A stretch of 64,000 nucleotides of DNA, from the NCBI RefSeq assembly GCF_009914755.1, contig NC_060926.1. One strand, 5' to 3'. This document shows, one piece after another, positions 45,575 to 57,692 of the stretch; positions within the stretch are counted from its first letter, which is position 1, and the number at the start of each line of letters is the position of its first letter. This stretch comes from the human T2T-CHM13v2.0 reference genome, Homo sapiens. The translations under genes and the position numbers were made by a program. The notes beneath the pieces were generated by a model. That model saw nothing but the letters and a program-made list of their open reading frames with translations, had not been told where the DNA came from and did not search any database.

Positions 45575-46495
45575 TACTTTAAGTATATTTACTGACAGTT
45601 CATTTTCATGTCTGTAAGTTCCCTTTCAGTCTCCTTTTTCTAAAATCTTCTGGTCACATTTACTTTTCCAGGTTGATTTAAAATCAGCCTCTCAAGTTAT
45701 GTTAAAAGTCTTCAGGAATATGTCACTGGAATTGTGTTGTCGATACATGTTAGTTGAGAGAAAACTGTCATTACAATATTGTTATCCTGTCTAGGAATTG
45801 TGTTTTTCCTGATATCTCAAAATGTCCTTAATCTTCTTCAGTTAAATTGTGTAGTTCTCCTTGTAAAGGTTTTATGCATTTATGATAGGGTTTTATACAT
45901 ATATAGAGATAATGGATAGTATATCTATGCATATTTAGTATCTATATAGAATACTAGTGTATTATATAACATGTTATTAGATACTAGCATATACTTATTA
46001 GATACTAGTATATACTAGTATTTTATATATATATATATACACACACACACTCTTTTTATATGTTTTTTTCATTGCTATTGTAGGTGTTTATTCTGTTTCA
46101 TTTAAAAATTAACATCTGGGATGGATTGGGCATTTTGAATTTGTGTTAGTTACTGTACCAAATTTTCTTGTTATTTTTAAATGAAAAGATATTATTTCAG
46201 GTTTTTTAGGACAAAAACTCAATCATCCAGGAGCAACAGAAACTTTGTCACTTCATTTTCAGTACTTATACATCTAGCTCTTCATCTGTCTATTCTTCTC
46301 AGTTGACTGGGACATGCAGAACTGTGCTGAAGAGAGGCAGAGAGCTGAACAGAGACAGACAGAGCATCCTTGTGTTATTTCTGGCTCTAATAGAAATGCT
46401 TATAATGTTTCATTTTTAAGTGATATGTTCACTATTGATTTCTGGCATATGTCTTTGTCACATTAAGGAATTTTTCTCCTCCTAGTTTACTGAAG
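45575..46495 (-). mobile_element. Ancient L1M ORF2 fragment with embedded (TA)n/(CA)n expansion
   Basis: ttttaaaatcagcctctcaagt...actggaattgtgttg...gagcatccttgtgttatttctg...ttaaggaattttt...cctagtttactgaagag. Confidence 0.6.
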
Positions 46496-46927
46496 AGCTG
46501 ATAGTTCTCCACATTTCCGGAGTTCACTCATGAACGTGCCCAGACTGGCCGCAAGCCCCCTCTCACTGCGGTGCTTTGCTGTGCTGTGGTCTCCACTGGG
46601 ATATGCTTCCAGCATCTCCACCACTGCCCACCAGTGTCTCCTCTGCTCCAAGCTTTCCTTGACCTGCTTCCTGTGCTAGCCCTGTCATCCCTCTTCTGCT
46701 TACTTTGTAACTGTTTTCGGAAGTATCTGACTTTGTATAAGACTGCAAAGTCCTAGAACCCAGGTCCTTAACTATTCACCATTGGGTTCCAAATGCCCAA
46801 GACCCTGATATGTGTGCAGTAGAAACTCAGTGAAAATCGTTTTAATAAATGAACAAATGAAGGAGTCATTGATAAGTTTTCTATGGATAATACAACAAGT
46901 AGGTGATTCCTCTGAACTGGATAATAC

Positions 46928-47076
46928 TTTATTATTATTACTATTATTATTATTTTGATAGAGAGGGTGTTTCACTATGTTGCCCAGGCTGATCTTGAAC
47001 TCCTGGCCCCAAGTGATCTGTCCACCTCGGCCTCCCAAAGTGCTGGGATTACAGACATAACCCACTGCATCTGGCC
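46928..47076 (-). mobile_element. FLAM_C-like Alu monomer with (TAA)n tail
   Basis: Single monomer; TSD tactttattatt. Confidence 0.85.
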
Positions 47077-47381
47077 TACTTTATTATTTTGTGTAATTAC
47101 TTTCTCTGCTTCTTCCATTTTGTCTTTGTTTTTGTTAGGACATGGTCCTTTTAAAATATGCCAGCTATTTGAAAAGAAAGAAAAATTAACAAAAAGTTAC
47201 ATTTACTGTGTTAAATCTTGGTAGCCAAATATCTTTTGTCATTACTTATCAAAGCTTAGGAGAAGTTACCCTTGAATATTAAAATGTAGTTTATAAAAAA
47301 TTTATATTAAAATTTTTATATTAAACAATTTATAAATTGTATAAATATATATGAAATGCTTAAATTGTGTTTCCTGTTCAG

Positions 47382-47471
47382 GGAATAACTATTCGACCAC
47401 TGGTGGAGTTTCTTGATGTCAAGAGGTCCAATAAGAAACAACAAGCTGTCAGTGAAGAAATCTATTGTCGG
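47382..47471 (+). CDS. SLC9A2: NHE2 coding exon 6 (90 nt): [30 protein letters not shown]
   Basis: Not in the ORF track; read manually. Acceptor cctgttcag|GGA, donor CGG|gtaggt; GxTIRPLV is the conserved end of the NHE transmembrane domain. Confidence 0.95.
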
Positions 47472-48010
47472 GTAGGTGTTAAGAGAGTGTAATAATTTTA
47501 ATGATAAAGGAAAAATATTTGAATCAGTCAAACAGCTTGGTACCACGTTGTCCATTTCCTGAAGAAGAAGGGAATGGCAGGGTGAGAGGGAGGAGGGCCT
47601 GAAGAAGGTATTTGCTGGGGGAGTATAGAATAGATATGGCCCCACGGTAACTTCTCCAGGTTAGCTTACTAAACTCCTGCATGAGTAGAGAGACAAGAAG
47701 TCCCCTCTTCTTACTTCCTTTAGCCTGGAAATGTTCCTACTGGGAAATTATTACCATATTTCATACTTTTCAAAATTATTAACAAACTTATAGGTGAGCA
47801 AAATAATCGAAGACTTACCTAATACTGATGTGACAAACACTTCATCAGTTTGTTTGAAAATGAACTGTTTTATTGCTTTTGGTAATAAATAATAAACAAA
47901 TAAGAAGCAAAAGCCATGAAGGTCTTTGGAGTTTAGAAATGATACAAGTAGAGTGAAAATTATTGATTTCAGGTAAAGACTAATCAATTTGCCTGCTTTT
48001 TCTGTTTTAG

Positions 48011-48081
48011 TTGTTTGATCATGTGAAGACTGGAATTGAAGATGTTTGTGGACATTGGGGTCACAACTTTTGGAGAGACAA
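48011..48081 (+). CDS. SLC9A2: NHE2 coding exon 7 (71 nt): LFDHVKTGIEDVCGHWGHNFWRD(K), CHP-binding region
   Basis: Acceptor ctgttttag|TTG, donor AA|gtaaga; resembles NHE1 [24 protein letters not shown]. Confidence 0.95.
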
Positions 48082-48726
48082 GTAAGAAGGTCTTATGCCA
48101 TTGGGTTATGAAGTGGCCCAGGGTCATTCTGAAAGCAGGACTTACTGATTTGTATTATTTTTTAATTGGAAATCTTTCCTGTGTTGTACCATAGTATGTC
48201 CTCTAAGATAAAGTTCAGCTATAACAGAGATGTGGAATAATAGTAGCTTAAACAAGGTAAAAGCTTATTTCCCTCTTCTGTAAATAGCCAGAGATAGGCA
48301 ATTTAGGTTTAACAGATGAGGTTTACTCCAAGACTCCCCCAGGGTCCGAGGACTGTCTGTCTAGTCGATCCACTAAGAGTAGCCTTCATTTCCAAGGTTG
48401 CCTCTTGAACCACAATGGCTGCATCAATATTAGCCATTAGAGGCAGCAAGAAGGATGAAAGATGATGAGTAGACAAAGCATATGTGTTATTAATAGCTGC
48501 CTTCTAACTGAAACCATCAGAAGCTGCCATATGATTCTTCTGATCATTGGCTTGGACTCAGTCCTATGGCCATTCCTGTCTGCAAAGCAGGCTGAGAAAT
48601 GCAATCTATTTGGCTGAAAACTAGGGCTTCCATTACTATCCATTTTGCCACACATGGTGGGAGACTTTGTCAAATGCAGAGATTCAGACCATCTAAGGAT
48701 GTAAACAGATGAGCAGAAATAACGTG

Positions 48727-48842
48727 TATATATATATAATATATATTATATATATATTATATATATATATTATATATTATATATATATTATATATATATA
48801 ATATATATTATATATATAATATATATATATAATATATATATA
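48727..48842. repeat. About 115-bp pure A/T interrupted (TA)n microsatellite
   Basis: Direct reading. Confidence 0.95.
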
Positions 48843-50597
48843 AAAGGCTAAAATTATCTGAAAAATTACATACATTTATATAAATGCACATACCTACAGG
48901 CACACAGAGTTTACCATTCTGTAAAAGGCTCTGTGTTGGATAAATACAATTCAATACTGGTCTTCAAGGATCTTAAAGTTGAAGTGGAAAAGGTAGACCA
49001 GACAGGCAGAATTAGATGTATGCTTTAATATAAACTGAGAAACAGCATTATGGGTCAAGAAATTTGGTTCAATTCTGACAGCAGAGCTAGGAGCAGTGGG
49101 GTACAGGAGCCAGCCCCCACTTGCTAGTGGGAGCTCATCACGTACCTCTCTTCCTGACTGCACATTTGGCACTGTCCAGAGTGGTTGCTTGAATCAGGGC
49201 TTATATCATGGAACTGACAAATGCTACAAATCAAGGCCCTTTTTTTTCATAGAGAAATTTGTTAAACATTTATTAGCATATCACTGGCTAGGCGAGACTT
49301 TGGAAGGCAGCATTTAAGCTAATCCCTGAAGACAGAAGAACACGTTTTAAACTATATTTGGTAGATCCCTCTTGTTTTATTTTTCCTAACTTGCTAACAG
49401 AATTTTTTTTCCCTCCACTGCTAATTTACATGAAATTGACCAACCTACCAATGTCTGCAACTTAACACAAGGGAATTTTTTAGTGTTTCCTGTTTGCTCA
49501 TATATGCTGGCATAATATTGGGCTACATAAGAAGTATAAGCCATAGACTCAGGCCTCTGAAATTCTGTAGTATCATAGACACAACAAAACCGTCACACAG
49601 CAAGCAGACTCCTGTGTGTGTGTATATATGGGTGTGTGAGAGAGAGACCATTAGGGAATATAATGAGTGACAAAGACATTCAGTGCTAGAACAACCTTTA
49701 CAAGCTTTACAACACTGTTTACTACTGTAGACAGGGCCCTGGGACTCAGCCTTACCATATAATGAAAGGAAAAAGATTTTGTTTGTATGGAGAGCACGCC
49801 CAATTAGCTACATGGGAACACAAGGTAATAAAATTAAGCAAATTATATTCTCCATTGTAAAACTATTTTTTAAATGGCCATTTCTCAGGGGAAGTATTCC
49901 CTTTTCTGGAGGCAGGTGGTAGACCAGAGATCCTATACATCTACCCTATGACTCTGGGACATTCCTAGCATGAGGGAGTCCCCATCTGTGCTAAGCCAGT
50001 AGAACAGAACTTTTTGCCTCTCTTCTCCACTGTTTTCATAGTAATGCCTATTTTCTGCCTACCTTGTTCCTTTCAACTCAACTACTATCCTCCCTTTCCC
50101 TAGCATCCCCTCAGTACTTTTCTGAAATGACATATGAGAGGCGTAACCCAGAACAGCTGGTTCCCCTTCCAAAGTGAGTGTTAGGTTCAAGATATCTAGT
50201 GCTCCTCTGCCTCCCAAATGGGGGAATATAGATCGGCCTCACACAGTAATGAGGCCACCTGGTCCTGGGGCACTGTCAGAAGAGGTAGATGCTGTGGTCA
50301 CTTGGATTTGGCCTGGAACTCAGGAGAAGAAATGTCAGAGAAAGTCTGGCTACGTCTGTCTTTCAGGCAGAGACATTATCTCTGGAGTCCATGAATCTGC
50401 CCTAAGCACACATCCAAAGGCTGCCAGATTAATTGGCTGTAAGTCCTAAAGATGGGAGAGCCAACCTTGCTCCATGCCTGAAAGGTAATGTTACATGGCT
50501 AGCATTTGCCACTGCAGTGGATACACTTATTTTAATAATTTTGTAAGTATTGATATATTTCCACGCACAACTTTTTTTCCAGGAAAATTTCAAAGTT

Positions 50598-50721
50598 TCA
50601 GCACCACATCCCCCCGCACCTACTTCCCTGCTCTACCTATGATATACAGTGTCATAGACATCATAGATGCTGTATATCACAGGTAGAGCAGGGAAGTGGG
50701 TGCGGGGGGATGTGGTGCTGA
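50598..50721. repeat. Near-perfect inverted repeat: 56-bp arms, 12-nt loop
   Basis: 50598-50653 is the reverse complement of 50666-50721 at 52 of 56 positions. Confidence 0.97.
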
Positions 50722-51454
50722 CACAAGACATCTTAAAACTGTGTTCTGCTGAGATCACATCCTTGGTGATTGTTAATGTTACTAAAAATCAGCATCAAAA
50801 AGAAGCGATTGTTTCAGGCATGTTGGGTGTCTTCCCTTTTCTCTGGAATCCTTATGCTGTGGATTTCCAGTGGTTCTGCCAGAGAATTCTTGAGGCATTT
50901 GATCCTTTGAGAATGAAACGAAGGGTGATACAGTAGGGACCCTTCTCACTCTTGGCACAAGCAGTCTAATGATGGTGAAATAGAATGCCTATGTGTAGCT
51001 TAGCAGAGAAATGAAAGGTGTGGAAATGAAGCAAGGAAAACGCACTATCCCTACACGAAATAGAGCAGATGCCATTGTTCTTGGTGCTTGTTCTTCCTTT
51101 TACTCTCTCTAGTGAAAAGCTAAAACAACAATAATAATAAAAGAAGTTTTAAAAGATGTGTTGCTGTCAGGAGTCCTGGTCCAATGGGCCTAACATAAAA
51201 CTCCAATTAAAAGTAGAAAAAAGTAAACCCAGTCCTTAGTGTAGTGGCCAGCCAAAAACCAAGCACATTCAGGATGGCTCTTCTTTAATTATTCAGAGCC
51301 CTCTAGTATTTAGAACAAAGGACTATCAACAAGAATGTAGGTTAACATCGATTCCTTCCACGGCACAGGTGTGTCTATAAACCTCCTTGGGCTTGTGGTG
51401 ATCACGTAGTACACTTATTTCTTTCTCAACAAATATTTATTGCATGCTGCTTCA

Positions 51455-51960
51455 CTTATGTATTGGCATAATAATGTTGTATAACAAACCATCCCCAAAA
51501 CTCAGCTGCTCAGAACACGTCATTATTATTAAAGTGCATGAGTCAAGAGGCTGATTGGGGTTGGGCTTGGCCAGTTGGGGCCAGGCTTGTTCATGTGCTC
51601 CAGTGGGTTGGCTGGCTGCCAGCTGATTCTGGCTAGATCTATATGGTGTGATTGGAGTGAGGTGACTCTGCTCCATGTGACAGTCACCTTTGTCCTCGGA
51701 CTAAGGAGCCACTCTGCATATCCTTCTAATAGTGATTGTTGAAGCACAAGAGGTAAGCCTCCATGTGCAAGCCCAGGTTAAGCCACTGTTTCTTTCATTG
51801 TGTCTGCTAATAGCCCACTGACCAAAGCAAGGAACATTATTGAGCACGCTGGCAAGGAACAGGGCAAAGCAAGTCATCTATGCCATGATGGAAGGTCATT
51901 GCCAAGTAATATGGCAGAGGGTGTGGATACAGGGAGGACTTGGGACCAAATGATTCATTC
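51455..51960 (-). mobile_element. Old MaLR LTR (MLT1G/H-like)
   Basis: ataacaaaccatccccaaaactcag...cccactgaccaaagcaag. Confidence 0.55.
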
Positions 51961-53715
51961 TACCACACGTGCTTATAGTGTGCCAGGCACTGGTGACACA
52001 GAAAAAAAAATCTCTGCCCATGTAGACCTTACATTCTGTGCTAGGAGACAGAAAGTAAGACAAGTAAATTGTATGTCATGCTAGAAAGTGATAACTACTA
52101 TGGGGAAAAATACATCTGGGCAGCGAGATGGGGACTGCTGGGGGAGGAAGGTTGTGTGCAATTCTAACAGGATGGATAGGAAGGGCACTTGTGAGAAAAT
52201 GATTGTCAAGGAAAGACTTAAAAGAAGTGTAAAAAGTGAGCCCTGAAGGTATCTGGGGGAAAAGGATTCCTAGTAGAAGGAATAGTAAGTATAAAGACTC
52301 AGACATGGGAGCACTGCTGGTAAGTCTTTAAGATAGGAAGGACACCAGTGACGCTGCAGCTAAGGAAGAGGGGCACAGTACCAAGAGGGCCAGATGCAGA
52401 TTGTGTAGGAAGTCACAGACCATTGTACTTGTACCCAAGGAAGATGCAGGACAGTTACATCATTAGACATATTTTTAACGGGAGCACTTGGGCTTCTGTA
52501 GGAATGCAATGGTGGAAGCAGGAATGCCAATTTGGTGCTCACTACAAGAATCCGAGAGAGAATGATGTCTTGGACCTGGGTGATAGCATTAGATGAGGTG
52601 GGAGATGGCTGGATTTTGTATGTATTTTGATGTGGAACCAACAGAAATTGCTGATGGCGCAAAGATTTGGAGTACTAGTCTGCTAGGGCTGCCATAACCA
52701 AAGTACCACAGATTGAGTGGCTCAACAGAAATGAATTGTCTCATAATCCTGGGGGCTAGAAGTCAGACAGCAAGGTGTCAGCAGGGCTCATTTCTTCTGA
52801 GGGCCACGAGGGAAGGTTCTGTTCTACGCCCCTCTGCTTGGCTTGTAGATGGCTGTCTTCTCCCTGCCTCTTCACATCATCTTCCCTCTCTCTGTATGTT
52901 TTGGAATCCAAACCTCTTCTTTTTATAAGTACACCAGTCATTTTGGATTTGGGCCCATTTTGATGGCCTCAACTTAATCACTTCTGTAAACACTAGATCT
53001 TCAAATGTGGTCATAGTCTGAGCTACTGGGGATTAGACTTTAACATATGAATTTTTGGCGGGACACAATTCAGCCCATAACATAGAACATGAGAAAAGTA
53101 GAAGAATCCAGGATGACACCAGGATTTTTGACCTGGTGGAGTCATCGTTTGCTGAGATGGGAGGACTCTGGCAGAATATCAGTTCAGTTTGAATATGTTA
53201 AATTTGGGATGCCCCATAGATATCCAACTGCAGATGTTGAGTAAGTAGCCAAAAGCTCATATCTGGGGTTTGGCCGAGAGGTTGGAGCTGGAGATACAAA
53301 TCTGGGGGTCATTGGCATAGAGATGCTATTAAAAGCTAGGAGACTGGGCAAGATGGTGACGGGAGTGAGTGGCGGTATGAAAGAGGATTAAGAACCGAGG
53401 CCCAGAGCACTCCTACATTAACAGGTCAAAAGAAGAAAACAAAACTGAGAGGGAGGGTGAGAAGGAGGTTGGGGTACCCCAGGGTGGTGTCCTGGAAGCC
53501 AAATGAAGACAATAGTTTACACAAGTGAGGGCAGGAAAGATGAGGATTCATAATTGCCCACTGCAGTTATATCATGAGGTTCACAGACCACTTTGATAAG
53601 AGTAGCTTTAATGGAGTATTGAGGCAATGTGAATGTTCAAGAGAGAATCAGAGGAGAGGAATTGGGGAAAACAAACAGTGATAACGTTTCTGAGCAATTT
53701 CGCTAAAAGCAGAAG
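51960..53715 (-). mobile_element. L2 LINE fragment split by an MLT1 LTR
   Basis: tagtgtgccaggcactgg...gatgacaccaggatttttgacctgg...ggagatacaaatctgggggtcattggcatagagatg. Confidence 0.65.
52672..53082 (-). mobile_element. MaLR solo LTR (MLT1B/C-like)
   Basis: gctagggctgccataacc-aaagtaccacagattgagtggct...atatgaattttt..gggacacaattcagcccataaca. Confidence 0.85.
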
Positions 53716-53808
53716 TAGAGAAATCGTAAAGACAGAAACATGTATTTTAATCTGTAATTAATGAATACTAGATTTATGTGCATCAGGGTCATATACAAAA
53801 ATGTAGCA

Positions 53809-53930
53809 GTATGTGTCATATATACATATATGTGTATGTGTATGTATATATACATATGTATACATACACATACATATACATACGCATACACATATATACA
53901 TATATACACATACACATATACATATATACA
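53809..53930. repeat. Compound (TA/TG/CA)n alternating purine-pyrimidine tract
   Basis: Direct reading. Confidence 0.9.
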
Positions 53931-54086
53931 GGTAGGCACATACTAAATATATAAAATGACCAGATTAGCTAAATGCTGCTACTAAGTATTTTCCTGGGAA
54001 TGGCAGAAATGACTTCATTGGTAAAAACAACAACTATTTTCTTAGTCAATCCAGTATTAATTTATTGAAAGTTTCTTTATTTACAG

Positions 54087-54248
54087 GTTTAAGAAGTTTG
54101 ATGATAAATATCTGCGGAAGCTTTTGATTCGGGAAAACCAACCAAAGTCAAGTATTGTATCTTTATATAAAAAGCTTGAAATAAAACATGCCATTGAGAT
54201 GGCAGAGACTGGGATGATAAGTACTGTCCCTACATTTGCATCTCTAAA
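54087..54248 (+). CDS. SLC9A2: NHE2 coding exon 8 (162 nt): [24 protein letters not shown]...TFASL(N)
   Basis: Acceptor tttacag|G, donor AA|gtaagt; phase 2 to 2; open frame. Confidence 0.95.
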
Positions 54249-54345
54249 GTAAGTATGGTCTTGCAAATAAAAGTTAGTATTGTTAAATAGGCATTGATAG
54301 TATTTTGAAACTGGTAATAATAATTTTAAAAAAATTATTATTAAT

Positions 54346-54407
54346 TGATCCGCCCCCCTCGGCCTCCCAGAGTGCTGGGATTACAGGCATGAGCCACCGT
54401 GCCCAGC
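54346..54407 (-). mobile_element. Alu 5'-end remnant (first ~62 nt only)
   Basis: tgatccgcccccctcggcctcccagagtgctgggattacaggcatgagccaccgtgcccagc; no tail or remainder. Confidence 0.9.
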
Positions 54408-54991
54408 TGCAAATACTGAATCATTTTTCTATGGGGACATAAAGGTTAGGTTCCTTTGAGCCTGTGGTCACAAAATTTTCATCAGCCAATCAATATGTAA
54501 CCTATTTTATGTATGTTTATGTTTACAGACACCTTATTTAATATATATTGCTAATTCATTAACATTGAATTGATGGTCAAGAACACTATAAATTCATGTA
54601 TGATCAAGCTTAGTTAACAAATTTTCTCCATAAGGCACATCACAGGGTTCTTGTGCTTGGGAACTCTAGACAGCACTTCAGCAATGCCTGGGGGCCATTT
54701 AAAGCAGCAGAACCACCAATAAATAACATAAAAATATTAAAAAATCATGTCACTAAATAGACTGTGAGAAGGACATTATTTATAGTATGAGAGTGGAAAC
54801 AAGAAAGCAGATGTCTCCTTGTTCAACATCTTCAGGGAAACTGTGTCAAGTGACTCAAATTTTTTGTCACTCTCCATATGTCTGAGAATAACTGCAAAAA
54901 TACTGAAATTCTGATATTGGGTTTATAAATCAATATTAGCAAGTAGGTGAGGTGAGTTCATGATTATGGAACCCACAAATGAGGATTGACT
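54408..54991 (-). mobile_element. MER82 (TcMar-Tigger) DNA transposon lacking one end
   Basis: gacaccttatttaatatatattg, ctccataaggcacatcacag, terminal aatgaggattgactg match recalled MER82. Confidence 0.8.
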
Positions 54992-55422
54992 GGATATACA
55001 TACATGTTATAAATGGTGTGTTTGCAAATATTTATGATGAGGTTTTTAAAATATGAAAACTTAATGGTAAATTGAAGTCAATTAGGTTTCTGTTGGAGAA
55101 AACTATTCTATTTTACTTTATTTATGGAGTGTTAGAAATAATAAAGTGAGGTAGCATTATAAGCCATTGTAGTTTTTCTTCCCTGAAAACATAATGACAT
55201 GAATAGATTCTGAAAACTTGTGAATTGTTAAACTTGCCATGAATGATTTTGAAACTGAAATAAGAGTCACAGAATTTGGAATTATTTTAAGTTATTGAAT
55301 AATCCCTAAGTGCTATTTTTACAAATTAAGACTTGTCTTAAATACTTATATCTCTAAGGAAGAAAATCAATGATTCTAATATTTGTTGAAAGGTAAAATA
55401 TTCTTTTTCTAAACTTTCACAG

Positions 55423-55519
55423 TGATTGTCGTGAAGAAAAAATAAGGAAGGTCACGTCCAGTGAAACTGATGAAATTCGAGAACTCTTATCAAGAAATCT
55501 CTATCAAATCCGTCAGCGA
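55423..55519 (+). CDS. SLC9A2: NHE2 coding exon 9 (97 nt): [32 protein letters not shown]
   Basis: Acceptor tttcacag|T, donor CGA|gtaaga; phase 2 to 0. Confidence 0.95.
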
Positions 55520-57195
55520 GTAAGAATAATTTATGTAGCAAAATATTTACTTACCTTTGGCTAACAGGATGCCTTCTGGTTTTGTGCTGTAACTGGAGGC
55601 TGCATCTTGACACTGGGCTCAGCAGGTCCCATGCTGGGCATCTTCTCTCCTTCTGCTTCTCTCCATCCCTCTTCAGGGTCCTACTATCCTCCTGGACACC
55701 ATGGCTGAAGCCTTGGGGTCCCCTGGGAGTTCTGCTGCTGTGGGCTTGGATACAAAGAAATACACGTTGACTAATTTTAAAGAAATGAATTGATTGCTGT
55801 TTGTTTTAAAGAAATAGTTTTATAGCTTAGACTTTAAAAATGGACCTCACCCTCCTTGTTATTTATAAAGTGCTATAGTTTCTTCTCTTCTGAGCCACTT
55901 CTTTCACTTCGTTTCCATTGTTAGCACCTTATTCTAATAATTTGCTAACAACACAGCTACAGAGTAGAGAGTGTCCTCAATTTTCCAAGCCCCATTTCAG
56001 TGTGTTGCATGCATTAACTCATTTAATCCTCCAATGAGTGGTAGGTGTTACTGTTGTCGCCATTTCACAGATAAAGAAATTGAGGCACAGGGAGGTGAAG
56101 TGGCACACGGGCCACACAGCTTGTCAGGAGTCCTCCTTGCTCATGTGGGGGCTGTTTCAGCAGCTTCTTAGCTGGTGTCCCCATAAGGTGTCCCCATTTC
56201 ATCCACGTGACTCTTACCTGACCCTTTTTCCTACAGTACCTTTTAATTTAAAATGAAACAAAACATTAGTTGTGGCTCCCAAGCTAAACTATTCGTTGAA
56301 AATTTGGACTCTATTTCCAAGTTCCACTTTATCCAACCATATTTCCACATCTGCCTCACCCATCTGCTCCCTGAAACACCCAGGGAGTGAGAGGTTCTGT
56401 TTTCGTTCTTTGGCCCAGGTAGCTTTCTCGCTGTCCCCTGGGAGCATCTCACACCTTCCTGTCAGCTGGTCAAAAGCCTCCAGTTTTTAAGGCTCCCCCA
56501 ACAGCCACCATATTATTCCCATCCTTGTGGTTAAATGGAATAGCACTTGGAGCTTATACTGTACCATGTAGATACAGCACTTATTTCCATGATTTTGCAT
56601 AATTTTGTTAGCCTTAGATGCTCAGTGAGATGGTAAACTGCTCAAGGCAGGAATGAAGCCTTGTTCTGTGTTATGTTTGCATCTCTCAATAGAACCTAAT
56701 ATATTTCTGGACACAGGGATATTCCCAAGAAGTACATGTTTATTCTATCAGAAATGAATTTAATTATTATTTATGATTTAGGAAACACATTTCTATATAG
56801 CCTATAAAACTAAAAGTGGATTCCATGTACAGCCCTAGTTTAGAAATTTTACTTTTCAAACACTGGGATGTAATCATTGTGGGGAGTGTCACCAGCTCTC
56901 TTCATGTAACAACCCAGTTGAAAAAAGGGAATGTGCTGAAGTTAATCAGAAGGGCATGGCACCACCAAGTGGCTCAAAGTGGTTTGTTTTTAATGTCAGT
57001 AATTCCTATTCAAAACAGACTGTAGGATGGTGGCTTGTATTTTATTTCCAGATATTCATGATGGCTAAATACCTACAAGAGGCTTCAAGGTAGACATGGC
57101 ACTTGATGAAATCAATCATTGTTCTCATTTATGAAAATCACACTTTTCAATGAAAAACAAACCTTATGATCTGACTTTTATTAAAGGATGAACTA

Positions 57196-57350
57196 TGTGG
57201 CACATACCTGTAATAACAACTTGGAAGGCTGAGGTGGGAAAGTTGCTTGAGCCCAGGAGTTGGAGGCTGCAGTGAGTTATGAGTGCCACTGCATTCCAGC
57301 CTGAGTGACAGATCAAGACCCCAACTCTAAAAAAAAGAAAAATAAAAAAA
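57196..57350 (+). mobile_element. Alu right monomer (FRAM/AluJ fragment)
   Basis: gcttgagcccaggagttggaggctgcagtgag plus A tail. Confidence 0.8.
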
Positions 57351-57560
57351 CACAAAATGAAAAGAAAATATAAATTCTTTGAAGATCTGAAGACTGTTAA
57401 CTTTTATACTGTTAATTTAATTTTTTGCTCTGCACAGAAGTTATAAGTGCTTAGCTGAGGTGCAGATCCAAAGAAATGTGGTAAAGTCTTGGAATTTCTG
57501 GGGGAAATGATCAGGTTTTTGTTTTTGTTTTTTAATGTCCTCTATATGTTTTCATTCCAG

Positions 57561-57692
57561 ACTTTATCCTACAACAGACACAGTCTGACAGCCGACACAA
57601 GTGAGAGACAAGCCAAGGAGATTCTGATTCGCCGGCGACACAGTTTGCGAGAAAGCATTAGGAAGGACAGCAGCTTGAATCGAGAACACAGG
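57561..57692 (+). CDS. SLC9A2: NHE2 coding exon 10 (132 nt): [44 protein letters not shown]
   Basis: Acceptor ttcattccag|ACT, donor AGG|gtaact; ORF 57489..57752; phase 0 to 0. Confidence 0.95.
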
